A DNA stretch of 64,000 nucleotides from a virus. The position numbers were made by a program, and so were the translations under genes. The notes beneath the pieces are model-generated. The model did no database searches, was not told where the DNA came from, and worked only from the letters and a program-made list of their open reading frames with translations. How positions within the stretch are numbered: the first letter of the stretch is position 1; the number at the start of each line of letters is the position of its first letter. Location of the stretch: the IMG/VR virus record IMGVR_UViG_3300020312_000068, positions 18,022 to 82,021 of that record; one strand, given 5' to 3'. Below are positions 42,914 through 55,400 of the stretch, piece after piece.

Positions 42914-44592
42914 TGGCATCAAAGTTACTGGTAAAACGTAGTACGGGGACAGCTGCTCCAGGTACCGTTGATTTCGGTGAATTAGCCTTAACGGTTGGGA
43001 CAGGTACCCAAGCGAACCTCGGAGACAGACTGTTTGTTGGAGACAATAATAGTGCTGCTCAAGTGGTTGGTGGTAAATATTTCACCGACATGCTGGATCA
43101 AGTACACGGTGTAACAACCGCTGCTAGTGCTCTGATCGTAGACAGCAATAAGAAACTTGATGATTTCTATGTTGATGATGTTCAAATCAACGCTAATGAA
43201 GTCACAACAAGTACAACAGATTCTGACCTAATCATATCTGCCAATGGAACTGGTAAGGTTGTTTTACAAGATGGTCAGGAATTAGAATTTGGTACTACTG
43301 GCGATATAGAGTTTGTATGGAATGACTCTGACGCTGATGTACAAATAAGAAGATCAAGTGGTGGTAACGCTGCTGCTGCATTACTAATCCAAGACGACAT
43401 CCCCCTGAAGTTTGGATCTGGTAATGACGCACGTGTTTATTACGACGAAACAACACTAGACAAACTACGTTGGGCTGGTGCTGATCAAGAATTCGATTCA
43501 GGTGTTCAGGTTAAGTTTGCCGATAACACTACTGCTTCCAATACCACAACTGCTGCCGTAGTAATTACAGGTGGTTTAGGTGTTGGTGCTAAGGCATGGA
43601 TCAAAGATTTGAATGTAGATGATGACGCAACTATAGGTACTGCTGCTGGTGATACCTTAACAGTTAACTCAACAACTACCTTTAATAACGGTGTAACCTT
43701 CAGTGGTACACAAACCGTTTCTGGTACCATCAACCAGACTGGTGAGTTTACAATCGACCAGTTAAAGTTGGATGGTAATATCCTCTCTACCACTTCTGGT
43801 ACTGAGATGATTATCGACCCTTACCCTGCTGGTAATGATTCAGAGGGTTTGGTTATTATTAAAGGTGACTTACAGATTGATGGTACGACTACTACAGTCA
43901 ACAGTGCTTCAATGTCTGTTAATGATCCTACTATTGAATTAGGTGATCCTACAGTTACATTATCACTTACTACTGCTGCTACTTCTGGTGATACAGTTCT
44001 TACTGTTGACCGTGTTGTAGGACTTAATGTTGGTGATGACATCACTGGAACAAATATAGCAAACTCAACAAATATTCAATCTATCAATACTGGTCTTAAG
44101 CAAATTACTTTAGATCAGGCAATCACAGGAAACATCGATAGCGGTGGATCAATCGTCGCAACACGCGATGCTTCTGATGGCCTAGATAGAGGTGTGAAGG
44201 TACACTATCATGACGGTACTAATGCTAAGTTTGGTTTCTTCGGTTATGACCGTACAGGTGGTGCTGATGGAAATGGTGCTTGGACATTCATCGAGAATGC
44301 TACAGATACCAATACAGTATTTGGAGTAACAGGTAACCGTGGTACAGTTGTACTTGGTGATCTAGAACTCGATACCGATCTTGAAGTTCAATATGGTGGT
44401 ACAGGTGTTTCAACCTTTACCCAATATGGCGTTCCTTATGGTAACGGTGCCTCTGCTATGCAGGTAACAGCTGCTGCTAATATGGCATCACCTGGTACTG
44501 GTGATGATGCCACAACCTCCTATCAAGTTTTAACAGTCACCGCTGCTGGTGTTCCTGTTTGGACTAATACCGTCGATGGGGGTACGTTCTGA
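42913..44592 (+). CDS. tail fibre-like structural protein
   Basis: KRSTGTAAP...GELA N-terminus; GDLQIDGTTTTVNS; C-terminal DGGTF. Confidence 0.82.
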   Translation: MASKLLVKRSTGTAAPGTVDFGELALTVGTGTQANLGDRLFVGDNNSAAQVVGGKYFTDMLDQVHGVTTAASALIVDSNKKLDDFYVDDVQINANEVTTSTTDSDLIISANGTGKVVLQDGQELEFGTTGDIEFVWNDSDADVQIRRSSGGNAAAALLIQDDIPLKFGSGNDARVYYDETTLDKLRWAGADQEFDSGVQVKFADNTTASNTTTAAVVITGGLGVGAKAWIKDLNVDDDATIGTAAGDTLTVNSTTTFNNGVTFSGTQTVSGTINQTGEFTIDQLKLDGNILSTTSGTEMIIDPYPAGNDSEGLVIIKGDLQIDGTTTTVNSASMSVNDPTIELGDPTVTLSLTTAATSGDTVLTVDRVVGLNVGDDITGTNIANSTNIQSINTGLKQITLDQAITGNIDSGGSIVATRDASDGLDRGVKVHYHDGTNAKFGFFGYDRTGGADGNGAWTFIENATDTNTVFGVTGNRGTVVLGDLELDTDLEVQYGGTGVSTFTQYGVPYGNGASAMQVTAAANMASPGTGDDATTSYQVLTVTAAGVPVWTNTVDGGTF

Positions 44593-44606
44593 CGTTCTTT
44601 TAAATC

Positions 44607-44813
44607 ATGGATGTAAACATCATTATTTCTACATTACAACGTAAAGTTGGTGAACTGACTCTCGCTAATACTATGCTTGAGGCAAAAGTCATAGATTTAA
44701 CAAACCAGTTAAATACTATAAACCAACAACAATCATCAGAGAATGCTATAAATGGCAACGAGGATCAAACTCAAAAGCTCGACGACGGCAAGCGCAACAC
44801 CGACGACTTCTGA
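44607..44813 (+). CDS. small coiled-coil (possible fibre chaperone)
   Basis: LQRKVGELTLANTMLEAKVIDL heptads; overlaps the next gene. Confidence 0.6.
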   Translation: MDVNIIISTLQRKVGELTLANTMLEAKVIDLTNQLNTINQQQSSENAINGNEDQTQKLDDGKRNTDDF

Positions 44814-47800
44814 TTTAGTCGATAAGGAAGTTGCTCTTAATATAGCGGATAAGAAGCTTTTTGTTAACAATAACGGAACAGTAGAGGAAATAGCAAATGC
44901 CGTACCGAACACGGCAAGTGTTACTGCCTCAATGTTTGCTGCGGATATAACTAATGGTCCAAATAATACATACTTTGTTGCTAAATCAGGTTCAGATTCT
45001 TCAAGTTTGTCAGGTGGTGCTGATAGAGGTAAGAGTACAACTACCCCATTTTTAACTGTTGCTAAAGCTTTAACAGTTGCTACAGCAGGTGATATAATTC
45101 ATATTGCTGCTGGTGAGTATACTGAAGCTGCTCCTCTAAACATACCTGATGGCGTAACTATTAAGGGTGCTGGTCTTAGGGCTACCCAATTAAAGCCGAC
45201 TGGTGGTACCAATGATGTGGACTTTATGGTCCTTGCTGGTGACACAACAGTCTCAGATTTAACTGTAAAAGATATAATTTATAATTCTGGTAATGATACT
45301 GGTTACGCATTTGTATGTGCTAACAACTGGGATTCAGATAGAAGTGCTTATATAAACCGAGTTACCGTTCTTAATAAGGGATCAACTACATCAGCATCCG
45401 ACCCTTATGGATTTGATGCTGGAGATGCTGGACGTGGTGCTAAATTAGATGGTGCTATATCCAACTCAAACTCATTAGAGACTGCTGTACTATTCAACGA
45501 AGTAACCTTCTTTGTACCTAATTCTGTTGGTGTATACTTAACTAATGGTATTCGTTGTGAGTGGCAAAACTCCTTTATATACCTTGCTAACGAAGGTATT
45601 AAGGGTGTACAGGGTGCTACAGGTAAGCATGGTACTGGACAGACAAGATTAAAATTATCTGGTACTTCTGGTACGTTTGCTACTAACGAAAAGATTTATC
45701 AGTTAGAGAATCAGTTTAAGTCAGGTACTTATGCTGTAAGTAGTAATGTCGTAACTGTTACACGTACTGCTCATGGTCTTGTCACTAACGATAGAGTTTA
45801 TGCTGACTTCATCACTGGTACTGCTACTGATGGTTATTATCAAGTAACAGGTGCCCCAACTGCTGATACCTTTACCTTTGCTCTTACCACTGGAAACACA
45901 AGTGGTAATGTAACTTATAAGAAAGCAGAAGGTTATGGTAACATTGCTAATAATGATGGAACATATATTTTCCTAACAGGAAAAGGTGAGGGGCAATTTA
46001 CTACTCCACTTGAGGTAGGTAAGACTCTTACACCTAATGCTGACGCTTCTCTTAATACAACTACACCTAAGTTTGGAACTGCTTCACTAGCACTTGATGG
46101 TACTGGTGACTTTGTTAGTATAGAGACTCAGGAAGACTTTGGTTTTGGTACTGCTAACTTCTGTATAGAAGCATGGGTATATCCAACCTCAGTTTCTGGT
46201 GTTAATAGTATTCTTGACTTCCGTACTGGTGCTACTTCAGATGGTGGTCCATATCTATGGCATGATGGTGGTACAGTTAAGTTTGGATCTGCTGCTGCCA
46301 CACATATTACTGGTGGTACAATAAGCGTTGACACATGGGCTCACATTGCTGTTGCTCGATATAACGGTTCTACAAAGTTATTCATTAATGGTACTCAATC
46401 AGGTAGTACATATACAGATAGTAATAATTACGGAAACACAAAAACTCTTAACATAGGTTCTGCTACTGGTACTGGATCTGACTACTTCACAGGTAAATTA
46501 GATGAAGTAAGGGTCAGTCTTGGAACCGCAAGATTTACAGGTAACTTCACTGCTCCTTCAAGTGAGTATGGAACTGACATTTATACATCTTTATTATTAC
46601 ACTTCAATGGAGATTCAGGATCATCCTCATTTACTGATGCTGGATATGTAAAAGATATTCGTTCTGATGGTGGTGATAGTGCTACTGGTATTTCACTTGT
46701 AGACTATGGTGACTTTGGATGTGAGTTCAAAGCATTAGCATCATCTAACATCTATGGTAATAAAGGTGCTGTTGCTGATGGTAATGGTTGTAAGTTAAAT
46801 CTTACTGCCCACAACTTCATGTATATTGGTGCTGGTAAGGACTTGACGAACGATGGTTCGTTAGCACAGCAAGCCAATGAAGCAGTAGAACTTAATGGTG
46901 GTAGAGTATTCTATTCATCTACTGACCAGAGAGGTGACTTCAGAGTTGGTGAAGTATTCTTAGTTGACCAAGAGACAGGTAATGTTAACTTCCAGTCAAC
47001 ATCATCATCACAGCAAGCAACCAGTATTGGTCTATCTGACTCCACTGGTACAACAAACATTTATCCAGCATACATTGAGACTGGTAATATTCGTCTCGCT
47101 GGTAACACAATATCCACTACAAGTGGTGACTTATTAATTGACCCTGCTGGCAACCAAGACACTACCTTCAATGGTGAGGTTGTTTTCGCAGAGAACGCAT
47201 ACTTTGACCAGTATAAGATTGGTAGTTTCAACTCTGACCAGATAGGTTCTATTGATGTCTACCTGGGTCCTGTCCAAAAGAGGGGTGGATTCAATGCTTA
47301 TGGTCTACAATCTGACACTAACTTATTACTATCTTCAGATGGTGTTGCTAGTGTAACAGTACAGAATGCTGGTACAGGATATCAAGGTGGTTCAACTAAC
47401 CTTGACATGGATACCGACCCTGCTGTGGTCGCTACTGCTACTGCTTCTCTTGACACACAAGATGGTGCTGTAAAAGATATTACATTAACGAATCCTGGTA
47501 CTCTTTATACAACTCCTCCAGCAGTAACATTCAGTGCTTCTCAGAATGCTGGTACTGCTCCTGATGCTAGTGCTGTTCTAGAGACATATGGTGTTCTTAA
47601 TAGAATTGATATTGCTGATGGTGGTGCTGGTTTTACTTCTGCTCCAACTTTAACGATTGAAGCACCAGAAGAATTTACATTTGATACAGAAACAGGTATA
47701 TCTGGTAATACGATAACCATTCAAAATCATCCATTTACAAATAATTTAAGAATAGTTTATTATAATAATGGTGGTTCTGAGACTCCTGGTCTTACAGACG

Positions 47801-50800
47801 GTACCACTTATTATGTTATCAATGCTTCTGGAGATACTTTCCAAGTATCTACCTCTCAAGGTGGTGGTGCTGTATCACTAACTGCTTCTGCTAGTGCTGC
47901 TGGAGAGAGTCATAGTTTTAAAGGTGTTAATGCTACTGCTACTTGTACGATCAGTGGTGATGCTGTTAACTCTATTACTATTACAGAGCAAGGTACTCTG
48001 TACAATGGTTCAACAACTCCAACTATTACACAGTCATCTGCTGGCCAGACTACAGATGCATCCTTCACAGTATTCAATGGTAGGTCTATAGGTAGTGTAT
48101 CCGTTAATGGAAGAGGATCTGGATTTACCTCAGCACCTACTGTAACAATTACTACAGATGGTACAGACACCACAGGATCTGGTGGTACTGCTACTTGTAC
48201 TATTGGTTTCCCAATAGGAACAGTTACTCTCACAAACCAAGGATCTGGTTATAACTTCGCACCAACAGTTCAGTTAACAGGTGGTAACGCTGTTAGTGAA
48301 GCTGACCTCACACCAGTCTTTAGTAAGAAGAGTGCTAGATTAACAGAATTAACTATCACCGCCCCAGGTGTTTGTTATGATACTGCTCCAACCATTGCTT
48401 TAGAAGGTGGTGCTGGTCATGACGCTAAGATTACATGTAATATACAATCATTAACTGGTACAATAACCAATGCTGGATCAGGATATACCCCTGGTACCTA
48501 TACTGGAGTATCATTTACTTGGGTAAGCGGTGCTACAGAACCACAGAGTGCTGCTACAGCGGACTTTAGATGTCCAGGTTGGGAAGGTACTATAACCAAT
48601 GCTGGTTCAGGATATACTGATGGTGAGTATACAGGTGTTACTGCCTTTAACGTACCTGCTCAAACATTCGCAGTAACTGTTATTACCAACCCTGGTGCTT
48701 CACCCCCAGATAACGTATTTGTTATAGATGGTAGCACACAGGCTGCTATCAATATGACCGAAGGTAATACTTACCGTTTCGATCAATCAGATGCTTCCAA
48801 CGTTGGTCATACTCTCATCGCAGGTAGAGAAGATGGTGGTACTCTCAGTCAGGATATAGTTACTGTTGTTAATGGTACTGCTGGATCAGCAGGTGCTTGG
48901 ACTGATATTGTTGTACGTCCTGGTACTGCTGGAGAGACCGCAGACTATGTTTGCCAGAACCATGCTAATATGGGTGCTAGTATAACCATTGCTGCTGGTG
49001 CTGCTGGAAACTATGGTGATGGATTAACATTAGATGCTGTTGTAGAAGGTGGTGTATTCACTTCTATTAAGTCCACTTCATCACAGGGTCAGAACTATGC
49101 TGCTAATGACACCTTATCATTTGCTGCTGCAGATGTTGGTGGTGCTGGTTCTGGAGTAATATTCCGATTAGACCAACAAGATTTAACACTATCAGAAGTA
49201 ACAAACATCAGTTTAACTGGTGGTCCTTACGCTGTTAGTGATGTTCTATCTGTAGATCCTGCCAACGCAGGTGGTACAGGTTCTGGATTCCAATACACTG
49301 TAAGTAAAGTAGGTTTCATTAGAGACGTTACTGTAGCGGAACCTGGCTATGGATATAACCCAACACAAAGACTTAAGCCAAGAATTCCTCCCACAACAAC
49401 AGGAGATACATTCTTATTAGATGTTACTACTACAGTAACAAGTGAGACTTTTGAAGTAACTCATGATGGTGCTATTAATAATAGCCACTTCAAGATTGCT
49501 GGTAAGAAAGATCCTGCCCTGTCACAGGGTACATTAACTGTAGGTTCTGGTACTGGTAAATTCCAGGTTATAGGTGAGACTGGTAATAGTACACAGGCTG
49601 GTAATGCTGTTATTGATGGTGATCTAACCGTTAAAGGTAACCTAGCGTTTGGTGATGAGGCAACTGACACCTTAACTATCACAGGTGCTACCACAACAAC
49701 AGGTGACACAACACAGACAGGTAACCTTACATTAACAGGTGACATAACTCAGACAGTTGGTGATGTTGCTCTTACAAATGTAACTGCTCAACTTGCTGAT
49801 GGTACTGCTGCTGCTCCTACTCTCAATCTAGTCAACTCTGCTACTACTGGTTTATTCAGAAGTGATGCTGACACTATTGGTGTTGCCATTGCTGGTGTAG
49901 AGAAAGGTAAGTGGGGTGCTACTCTTGCTATAGGTAATGATTTCCAAGTTGGTGCTACAACAGTTACTGCTAGCCCAGTTCTTTCTGTTGACGTTACTAA
50001 CAGTGTTGTAAAAACAGGTACTGCTGCTGCTGGACTTCAGATTAATAACGATGCTTCTATTGAGGCTATCGGTACAGATGCTGATGTTTCTCTCAGATTC
50101 CAACCAAAAGGAAATGGTGGAATAACCTTTACAGGTGGTCCTGATAGAGACTTCATAACAAATGATGGTACTAATGAAACCTTTAAATTGGAGATGGATA
50201 AGGGTGACCTTTCCACCAAGGGATTCATTCAAGCCAATGAAAGATTAAAGATTACTGATAGTGAGATCTCCAACGTTTCCCAAGGAGTATCCACATCATT
50301 CGGGCAGTTAGTAACATTAGACACTTCAGGAACTGGTACAACATTCACTGATGGTACGTTTACTAACGTTGCTATTACTTCCACAGTAACTGGAAAGGGT
50401 TCTGGTGGTACTGTTGATGTAACAGTTGTAAGTAGTTCTATTACAACAGTAACAGTAAACACTGGTGGTAAAGATTATGTTAAGGGTGATGAGATCACTC
50501 TTGATTCAGGAGTCATTGGTACTGATTCTGTACAAAAGGTTCTTATTAGTGATGTTGCTGGTACTGGACTCAGTTTAAAACCAAGTGTTGCGAGAAACAT
50601 TCTTTGTGATACTACTGGTTCACTGATTGTTCCTGTAGGTGATACAAACTCAAGACCTCCTGCTGATGACACCTACCTTGGTGGTATCAGATACAATACT
50701 TCAACATCACAGTTTGAAGGTTACAACGGTATCGACTACGTATCACTTGGTGGTGTACGTGACGTTGACCAAGATACTTACATATTAACTGAGGTAACTC

Positions 50801-51873
50801 CTGGATCTGACGAAGATACATTTGAGTTTTATAACGCAGGATTTAACTCATTATCTCTAAACAAAGATAAGTGGACAATTAGAACTGCGAAGCTTGTCGA
50901 GATAGAAGGAACATATACTCTTAACGGTACATTAGGTTTAGATACGTTAGATGTTCAACGTAAAGGAACATCAATTACTAAGGTTAGAAGTAGTAAGGAT
51001 TTTGAAGTTACTGGTGGTTTATTCCTTAAACATCAGTTAGTTGCTGGTACTATCGCATCGTTCACTGATGGCACCCTAGGAGCGAACCCAGGCACCTTTA
51101 ACGCCACTGCTGCAGCATATGACCCATCAGCAACATTTACAGCAACAGCTGGTGTTTCTGAGTTTGCTGGAACTGGTGCTACATTTGATATTGTTACCGA
51201 CGCTAATGGTACTATCACATCTATCACTATCAACTCTGGTGGTGTTAACTTTGAGGCAGGTGAAATTGTTACTATTGGTGGTGGTTTACTTGGTGGTGGT
51301 GCTGGTACTGATGTAACCTTCACGGTTGCTACGTTAAGTAATGCTGACGTAGCACATGGTAAGATCAGTTCTTTACAGGGTGAACTTCGCTTCAATATGA
51401 ATAGTGACAAGCAGTTCTTGTCATTAGATTCAACTGGAGCAAAAGCAGCATTCAAGGTAAATAGAAATTATGAAGCAGGTGGAAATACTTCATACTTAAC
51501 TCTATTTGATTCTACAGCATCATTTGTTGAACTTGATTCAGCTAGAGTAGAAGGTGGATCTATACCTTCCTATTCTACTACTGTTACCTTTACGGCATTC
51601 GATAAGACTTTATATAAGGGTTCTAAGACTTTAATTACTCTAGAGAGTAATGATTCTAAGGTTCATATGTTCGAGGTCACTGCTGTATGCTCTGCTTCAG
51701 GTACAGAAGCGTTTGCTACAGTCACTAACTCTATTACATCAGATAATGATCTAATGGATTGTACAGTTAGTGTCAGTTCAAATGACGTTCAGATTACGTT
51801 AGCGAAATCCACTGCTGCTTCTAGTTCCACATCCTTTACTGGAAGGTACACTACCACTAAGGTCAAGGTATAA
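44752..51873 (+). CDS. large tail fibre/adhesin (beta-helix, LamG-like and cupredoxin-like domains)
   Basis: PFLTVAKAL..IHIAAGEY (beta-helix entry); FCIEAWVYP..WAHIAVAR..GKLDEVRVS (LamG); GGVRDVDQDTYI. Confidence 0.85.
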   Translation: MATRIKLKSSTTASATPTTSDLVDKEVALNIADKKLFVNNNGTVEEIANAVPNTASVTASMFAADITNGPNNTYFVAKSGSDSSSLSGGADRGKSTTTPFLTVAKALTVATAGDIIHIAAGEYTEAAPLNIPDGVTIKGAGLRATQLKPTGGTNDVDFMVLAGDTTVSDLTVKDIIYNSGNDTGYAFVCANNWDSDRSAYINRVTVLNKGSTTSASDPYGFDAGDAGRGAKLDGAISNSNSLETAVLFNEVTFFVPNSVGVYLTNGIRCEWQNSFIYLANEGIKGVQGATGKHGTGQTRLKLSGTSGTFATNEKIYQLENQFKSGTYAVSSNVVTVTRTAHGLVTNDRVYADFITGTATDGYYQVTGAPTADTFTFALTTGNTSGNVTYKKAEGYGNIANNDGTYIFLTGKGEGQFTTPLEVGKTLTPNADASLNTTTPKFGTASLALDGTGDFVSIETQEDFGFGTANFCIEAWVYPTSVSGVNSILDFRTGATSDGGPYLWHDGGTVKFGSAAATHITGGTISVDTWAHIAVARYNGSTKLFINGTQSGSTYTDSNNYGNTKTLNIGSATGTGSDYFTGKLDEVRVSLGTARFTGNFTAPSSEYGTDIYTSLLLHFNGDSGSSSFTDAGYVKDIRSDGGDSATGISLVDYGDFGCEFKALASSNIYGNKGAVADGNGCKLNLTAHNFMYIGAGKDLTNDGSLAQQANEAVELNGGRVFYSSTDQRGDFRVGEVFLVDQETGNVNFQSTSSSQQATSIGLSDSTGTTNIYPAYIETGNIRLAGNTISTTSGDLLIDPAGNQDTTFNGEVVFAENAYFDQYKIGSFNSDQIGSIDVYLGPVQKRGGFNAYGLQSDTNLLLSSDGVASVTVQNAGTGYQGGSTNLDMDTDPAVVATATASLDTQDGAVKDITLTNPGTLYTTPPAVTFSASQNAGTAPDASAVLETYGVLNRIDIADGGAGFTSAPTLTIEAPEEFTFDTETGISGNTITIQNHPFTNNLRIVYYNNGGSETPGLTDGTTYYVINASGDTFQVSTSQGGGAVSLTASASAAGESHSFKGVNATATCTISGDAVNSITITEQGTLYNGSTTPTITQSSAGQTTDASFTVFNGRSIGSVSVNGRGSGFTSAPTVTITTDGTDTTGSGGTATCTIGFPIGTVTLTNQGSGYNFAPTVQLTGGNAVSEADLTPVFSKKSARLTELTITAPGVCYDTAPTIALEGGAGHDAKITCNIQSLTGTITNAGSGYTPGTYTGVSFTWVSGATEPQSAATADFRCPGWEGTITNAGSGYTDGEYTGVTAFNVPAQTFAVTVITNPGASPPDNVFVIDGSTQAAINMTEGNTYRFDQSDASNVGHTLIAGREDGGTLSQDIVTVVNGTAGSAGAWTDIVVRPGTAGETADYVCQNHANMGASITIAAGAAGNYGDGLTLDAVVEGGVFTSIKSTSSQGQNYAANDTLSFAAADVGGAGSGVIFRLDQQDLTLSEVTNISLTGGPYAVSDVLSVDPANAGGTGSGFQYTVSKVGFIRDVTVAEPGYGYNPTQRLKPRIPPTTTGDTFLLDVTTTVTSETFEVTHDGAINNSHFKIAGKKDPALSQGTLTVGSGTGKFQVIGETGNSTQAGNAVIDGDLTVKGNLAFGDEATDTLTITGATTTTGDTTQTGNLTLTGDITQTVGDVALTNVTAQLADGTAAAPTLNLVNSATTGLFRSDADTIGVAIAGVEKGKWGATLAIGNDFQVGATTVTASPVLSVDVTNSVVKTGTAAAGLQINNDASIEAIGTDADVSLRFQPKGNGGITFTGGPDRDFITNDGTNETFKLEMDKGDLSTKGFIQANERLKITDSEISNVSQGVSTSFGQLVTLDTSGTGTTFTDGTFTNVAITSTVTGKGSGGTVDVTVVSSSITTVTVNTGGKDYVKGDEITLDSGVIGTDSVQKVLISDVAGTGLSLKPSVARNILCDTTGSLIVPVGDTNSRPPADDTYLGGIRYNTSTSQFEGYNGIDYVSLGGVRDVDQDTYILTEVTPGSDEDTFEFYNAGFNSLSLNKDKWTIRTAKLVEIEGTYTLNGTLGLDTLDVQRKGTSITKVRSSKDFEVTGGLFLKHQLVAGTIASFTDGTLGANPGTFNATAAAYDPSATFTATAGVSEFAGTGATFDIVTDANGTITSITINSGGVNFEAGEIVTIGGGLLGGGAGTDVTFTVATLSNADVAHGKISSLQGELRFNMNSDKQFLSLDSTGAKAAFKVNRNYEAGGNTSYLTLFDSTASFVELDSARVEGGSIPSYSTTVTFTAFDKTLYKGSKTLITLESNDSKVHMFEVTAVCSASGTEAFATVTNSITSDNDLMDCTVSVSSNDVQITLAKSTAASSSTSFTGRYTTTKVKV

Positions 51874-51876
51874 ATA
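51869..51876 (+). promoter_or_regulatory. T4 late promoter
   Basis: TATAAATA. Confidence 0.75.
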
Positions 51877-51896
51877 ATCTGAGGTAACCGTATAAC

Positions 51897-52436
51897 ATGG
51901 CGACGAAGAATTTCAGTTCAATAGGCGGATTTGCCGTAGGCTCAACTGAGGTGTTAAATACACATTATGAGCTTAAAAATATATCAGCAATTCACATGGT
52001 TGCTGATGATTTTACTGATGCATCAAATGACCTATACATAGCAAAGAGAACCACAACTCCTACTGATAATTTACTTCGTTTAAGTTTTGATGGCAGTACC
52101 AACATTGCTACTAATAGCCCAGCACTAGGACATAATAGTGTTGCCTTTGTGAAGGCAAAGGTATTTGGGCAAGAGACTAGCAACAATATATACTGTCTAG
52201 CTTCGATGTTTGATTGTGTGGTTACAGTAGACACTAATGGTGTTCCTACTCTACAAGGTCAGTATGAGCAGGTCATACATGAGCATCTTCCAGGAATTGA
52301 GTCCTGGTCTATATCACCCGTTGCTTTTCAGATTGGTAGCAACGCATATTTTAGTTTTGATGTTGAGTCAGTTTCGACTACCTCAACCGTGAAGTGGATT
52401 GGTATTATTGATATTACTAAAGTAACAACAGCATAA
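51897..52436 (+). CDS. virion structural protein
   Basis: GAGG RBS, late promoter, NFSSIGGFAVG start. Confidence 0.8.
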   Translation: MATKNFSSIGGFAVGSTEVLNTHYELKNISAIHMVADDFTDASNDLYIAKRTTTPTDNLLRLSFDGSTNIATNSPALGHNSVAFVKAKVFGQETSNNIYCLASMFDCVVTVDTNGVPTLQGQYEQVIHEHLPGIESWSISPVAFQIGSNAYFSFDVESVSTTSTVKWIGIIDITKVTTA

Positions 52437-52451
52437 CTGGAGTACAAGTAG

Positions 52452-55400
52452 ATGACGTTTAGGCTGAGTTCATCACAACAAAGAATTGAGGGCACTGGGT
52501 CAGTTCCGCAGGGACCGTGGACAAGTGCCACTTATGGTCGTGCCAACGGTATAGTCACCGTTACGTCGATTGCTCATCGACTTAATACGAACGAAAGGTT
52601 GTATGTCAAACCTGGTTCTGATAATTTGCTGAGAACTTTTGATGAAGGTCAATATACAATAACGGTTGTAGACGAAGATACATTTACTATATCAGGTACT
52701 GGTCAGAACTTCATTGAAGCTGCCACTACTATATCATACAGATCTGTAAGATCTTTAGTCATTAATGCTTCAGATAGAATGGAGCTTAGTGTTGGTTCTG
52801 GTGCCAACGAAGATGACGCTGTATTCATAACGAAGAGTGATACTGGTAATATTCGTGTAGGTATTAATAATACAAATCCTGAGTTTGACTTAGACGTTGA
52901 AGGTCAGATAAGAACCACAAGGTCTATCATCTCAGACACTGCTCAAATTCGTAACCTAGACGTTCAAAACGAATTTGTAACTAAGGGACTAGACCTAAGA
53001 GGTCCCAACTTAATTAACTTTGAAGAAACAGATCCAACAGCAAACGACTTCGGTACGATCTATTATCCTACCGCTGATAACCCACCGAGGCAGACTCAGA
53101 ACAACCGAGTTGCTACAACCAAATTCGTTTATGACGTTGCTACTGCTGACAATGGTGGTCGTGTCTACGTATCCTCTGTCGCTGGTATTGGTGACGATGC
53201 TAACGATGGTAGGTCTGCTGCCAAGCCAGTTCGTACAATTAAGAAAGCTGCTCAGATCGCTTATAGTCTTCAGCAAGACACTCAGACACCTGAGTACGTA
53301 TCTATTATTGTATCTGGTGGTGACTATCTAGAAGATAACCCAATATCTCTACCATATAACTGCTCTCTAATTGGTGATAACTTAAGAAGAGTTATCTTAC
53401 GTCCATTGAATATGGACAGGCACATGATTAAAGCGTCTAATGAGACGTATTGTGCTGGTGTTGTATTCAGGGATCACTTAGACGCTAGTGGACTGCCTGA
53501 CTGGACATGGAAGTATGCTTATGTGTTTGACGATAAGCAACGTCTCATGTATGAGCCAGACCTTGCTCCATTTGAATTCTCTCCAGGTTTAGAAAACAAA
53601 GGTAGAAACATCTTTGCTATTACCTTTGAGAACCACACAGGTGACAATACTACATTACTTGTTGGATACGCTGTAGAAGGTGGATCATCTTCTGCTAGAG
53701 CGATCATTGAACAAGTAACCTTCACGGGTCCACAAGCATCTCCATATTCATCTGGTACTATTATCGTACTGATGGATGATGATGAATCAACCTTCCAGCT
53801 CGCTGAAAGATTATACTATGCTGATGTTTATGCTAACATTGTTAAGACAGGTGCTTCCCCATCTGACTCACTTGACGTTGCTGATAGAGAATCACAAAGA
53901 CCTGAAACTGAGGTTATCAAACACCAGAGGTACCAGTGGGTAATTAACTCTGAGGAAGAGAAGCTTCGCTTCGATGGTAGTAGTGATACTATAGTTGATG
54001 CTACTAATAATGAAATTACTATACCTTTCCACAGATTAGAAACTGGTTGGAAGGTATTCTATACAGTAGAAAACGAAGGTGGAACAGCTCCACAAGGTTT
54101 AGTTAAGAATACTACATATTTCGTTCGTAAGATAGACGATAATAAAATTGCTCTATATGATACTGCTGCCAATGCTTTAAACATCCAGGTAACTACTGGT
54201 GTTAGAGACTTGGGAGATCCTGGTTCAGGTGATGAGCATACTTTGTATCATTCTAGAATATTCACTAGAGATAATACAATTTACTTCCCCAAGCATGGTC
54301 TCTTTACTGGAAATGGTGTTTACTACCGTCCATCTAAAGCAGCAAATATTGGTGGACTTGTAACTAATAGTTTAATCTATGTTTACAAGATAGATGATAA
54401 CTATTTCCAAGTATGTAATACACAGGCAGATGCTACCTCTAAAGATATAGGTGGTAATGATACTCCTGTTGTTTTACCTTTAACTGATACAGGTAAGGGT
54501 TATCAAAGATTTGAGAAAGCAATTAACGTTGTTGACGTTGCTACTGTAACTACTGATCTTGCTACTCAGCAAACATATAATGGTATTAAGTTAACTGTAA
54601 CAGGTGCTTCTAGAACTATTGAAGGTATTCCTTTTGTAGGTCATGACTACGAAGTAGGTCAAGAAGTACAGATTTATGGTTTACCATATACTGCTATTGA
54701 CTTTGGTACAAGTGCTACAACCACTTATACGCAATCTACTGATACTATAACAATTACGATTGCTAACACAGATCCTTCTAAGATGAATGCTCTGTGGCCA
54801 AACCTAACAACTATTGGTGGTGCTGCTGGTAAAGGTGTTGGTATCCATTGTACATTTGATGCTGGTGGACATCAATCTAAGTCTTTCCATATTGCTCAGT
54901 ATGCTAATGGTACACTTGCCCAGACACAAAGTGATTTTGCCACAGTCTTAGGTGGTAGTTCTAACCTAGGTGCTGGTGTTGCTAGATATAATTCATCAAC
55001 AAACGAAGTATACTTTGTAATCAGAGCATCAGATTCTGCTACTAGATCTGGTAACTGTGCTGTCTTAGATAACTTAGGTGACTTTAATGGACGTAAATAT
55101 GTTACTCATCGTATTGAACGTGCTGATGGTTACTCACTAAACTTCTGTACAAGAGGTTCTTGCTCTAAGTTTGCTACAGACTTTGACCCAGCTGGTGACC
55201 AGCAGGTTTGTTCTGCTACAAACTATGCCTTGATGTCATTAAGGAACTCTCCTTACGCATTTGAAAAGGTTGAGTTTGGATCAAGCATCCAGGAAATGGC
55301 GAAGAGCAGAGATGCTGCTGAGACTCTTAATAATAACGTAGACTTCATTGCTATTGAGTCATACGCTCACGTCAAGAAATTATATAACGCTGGTACTTCT

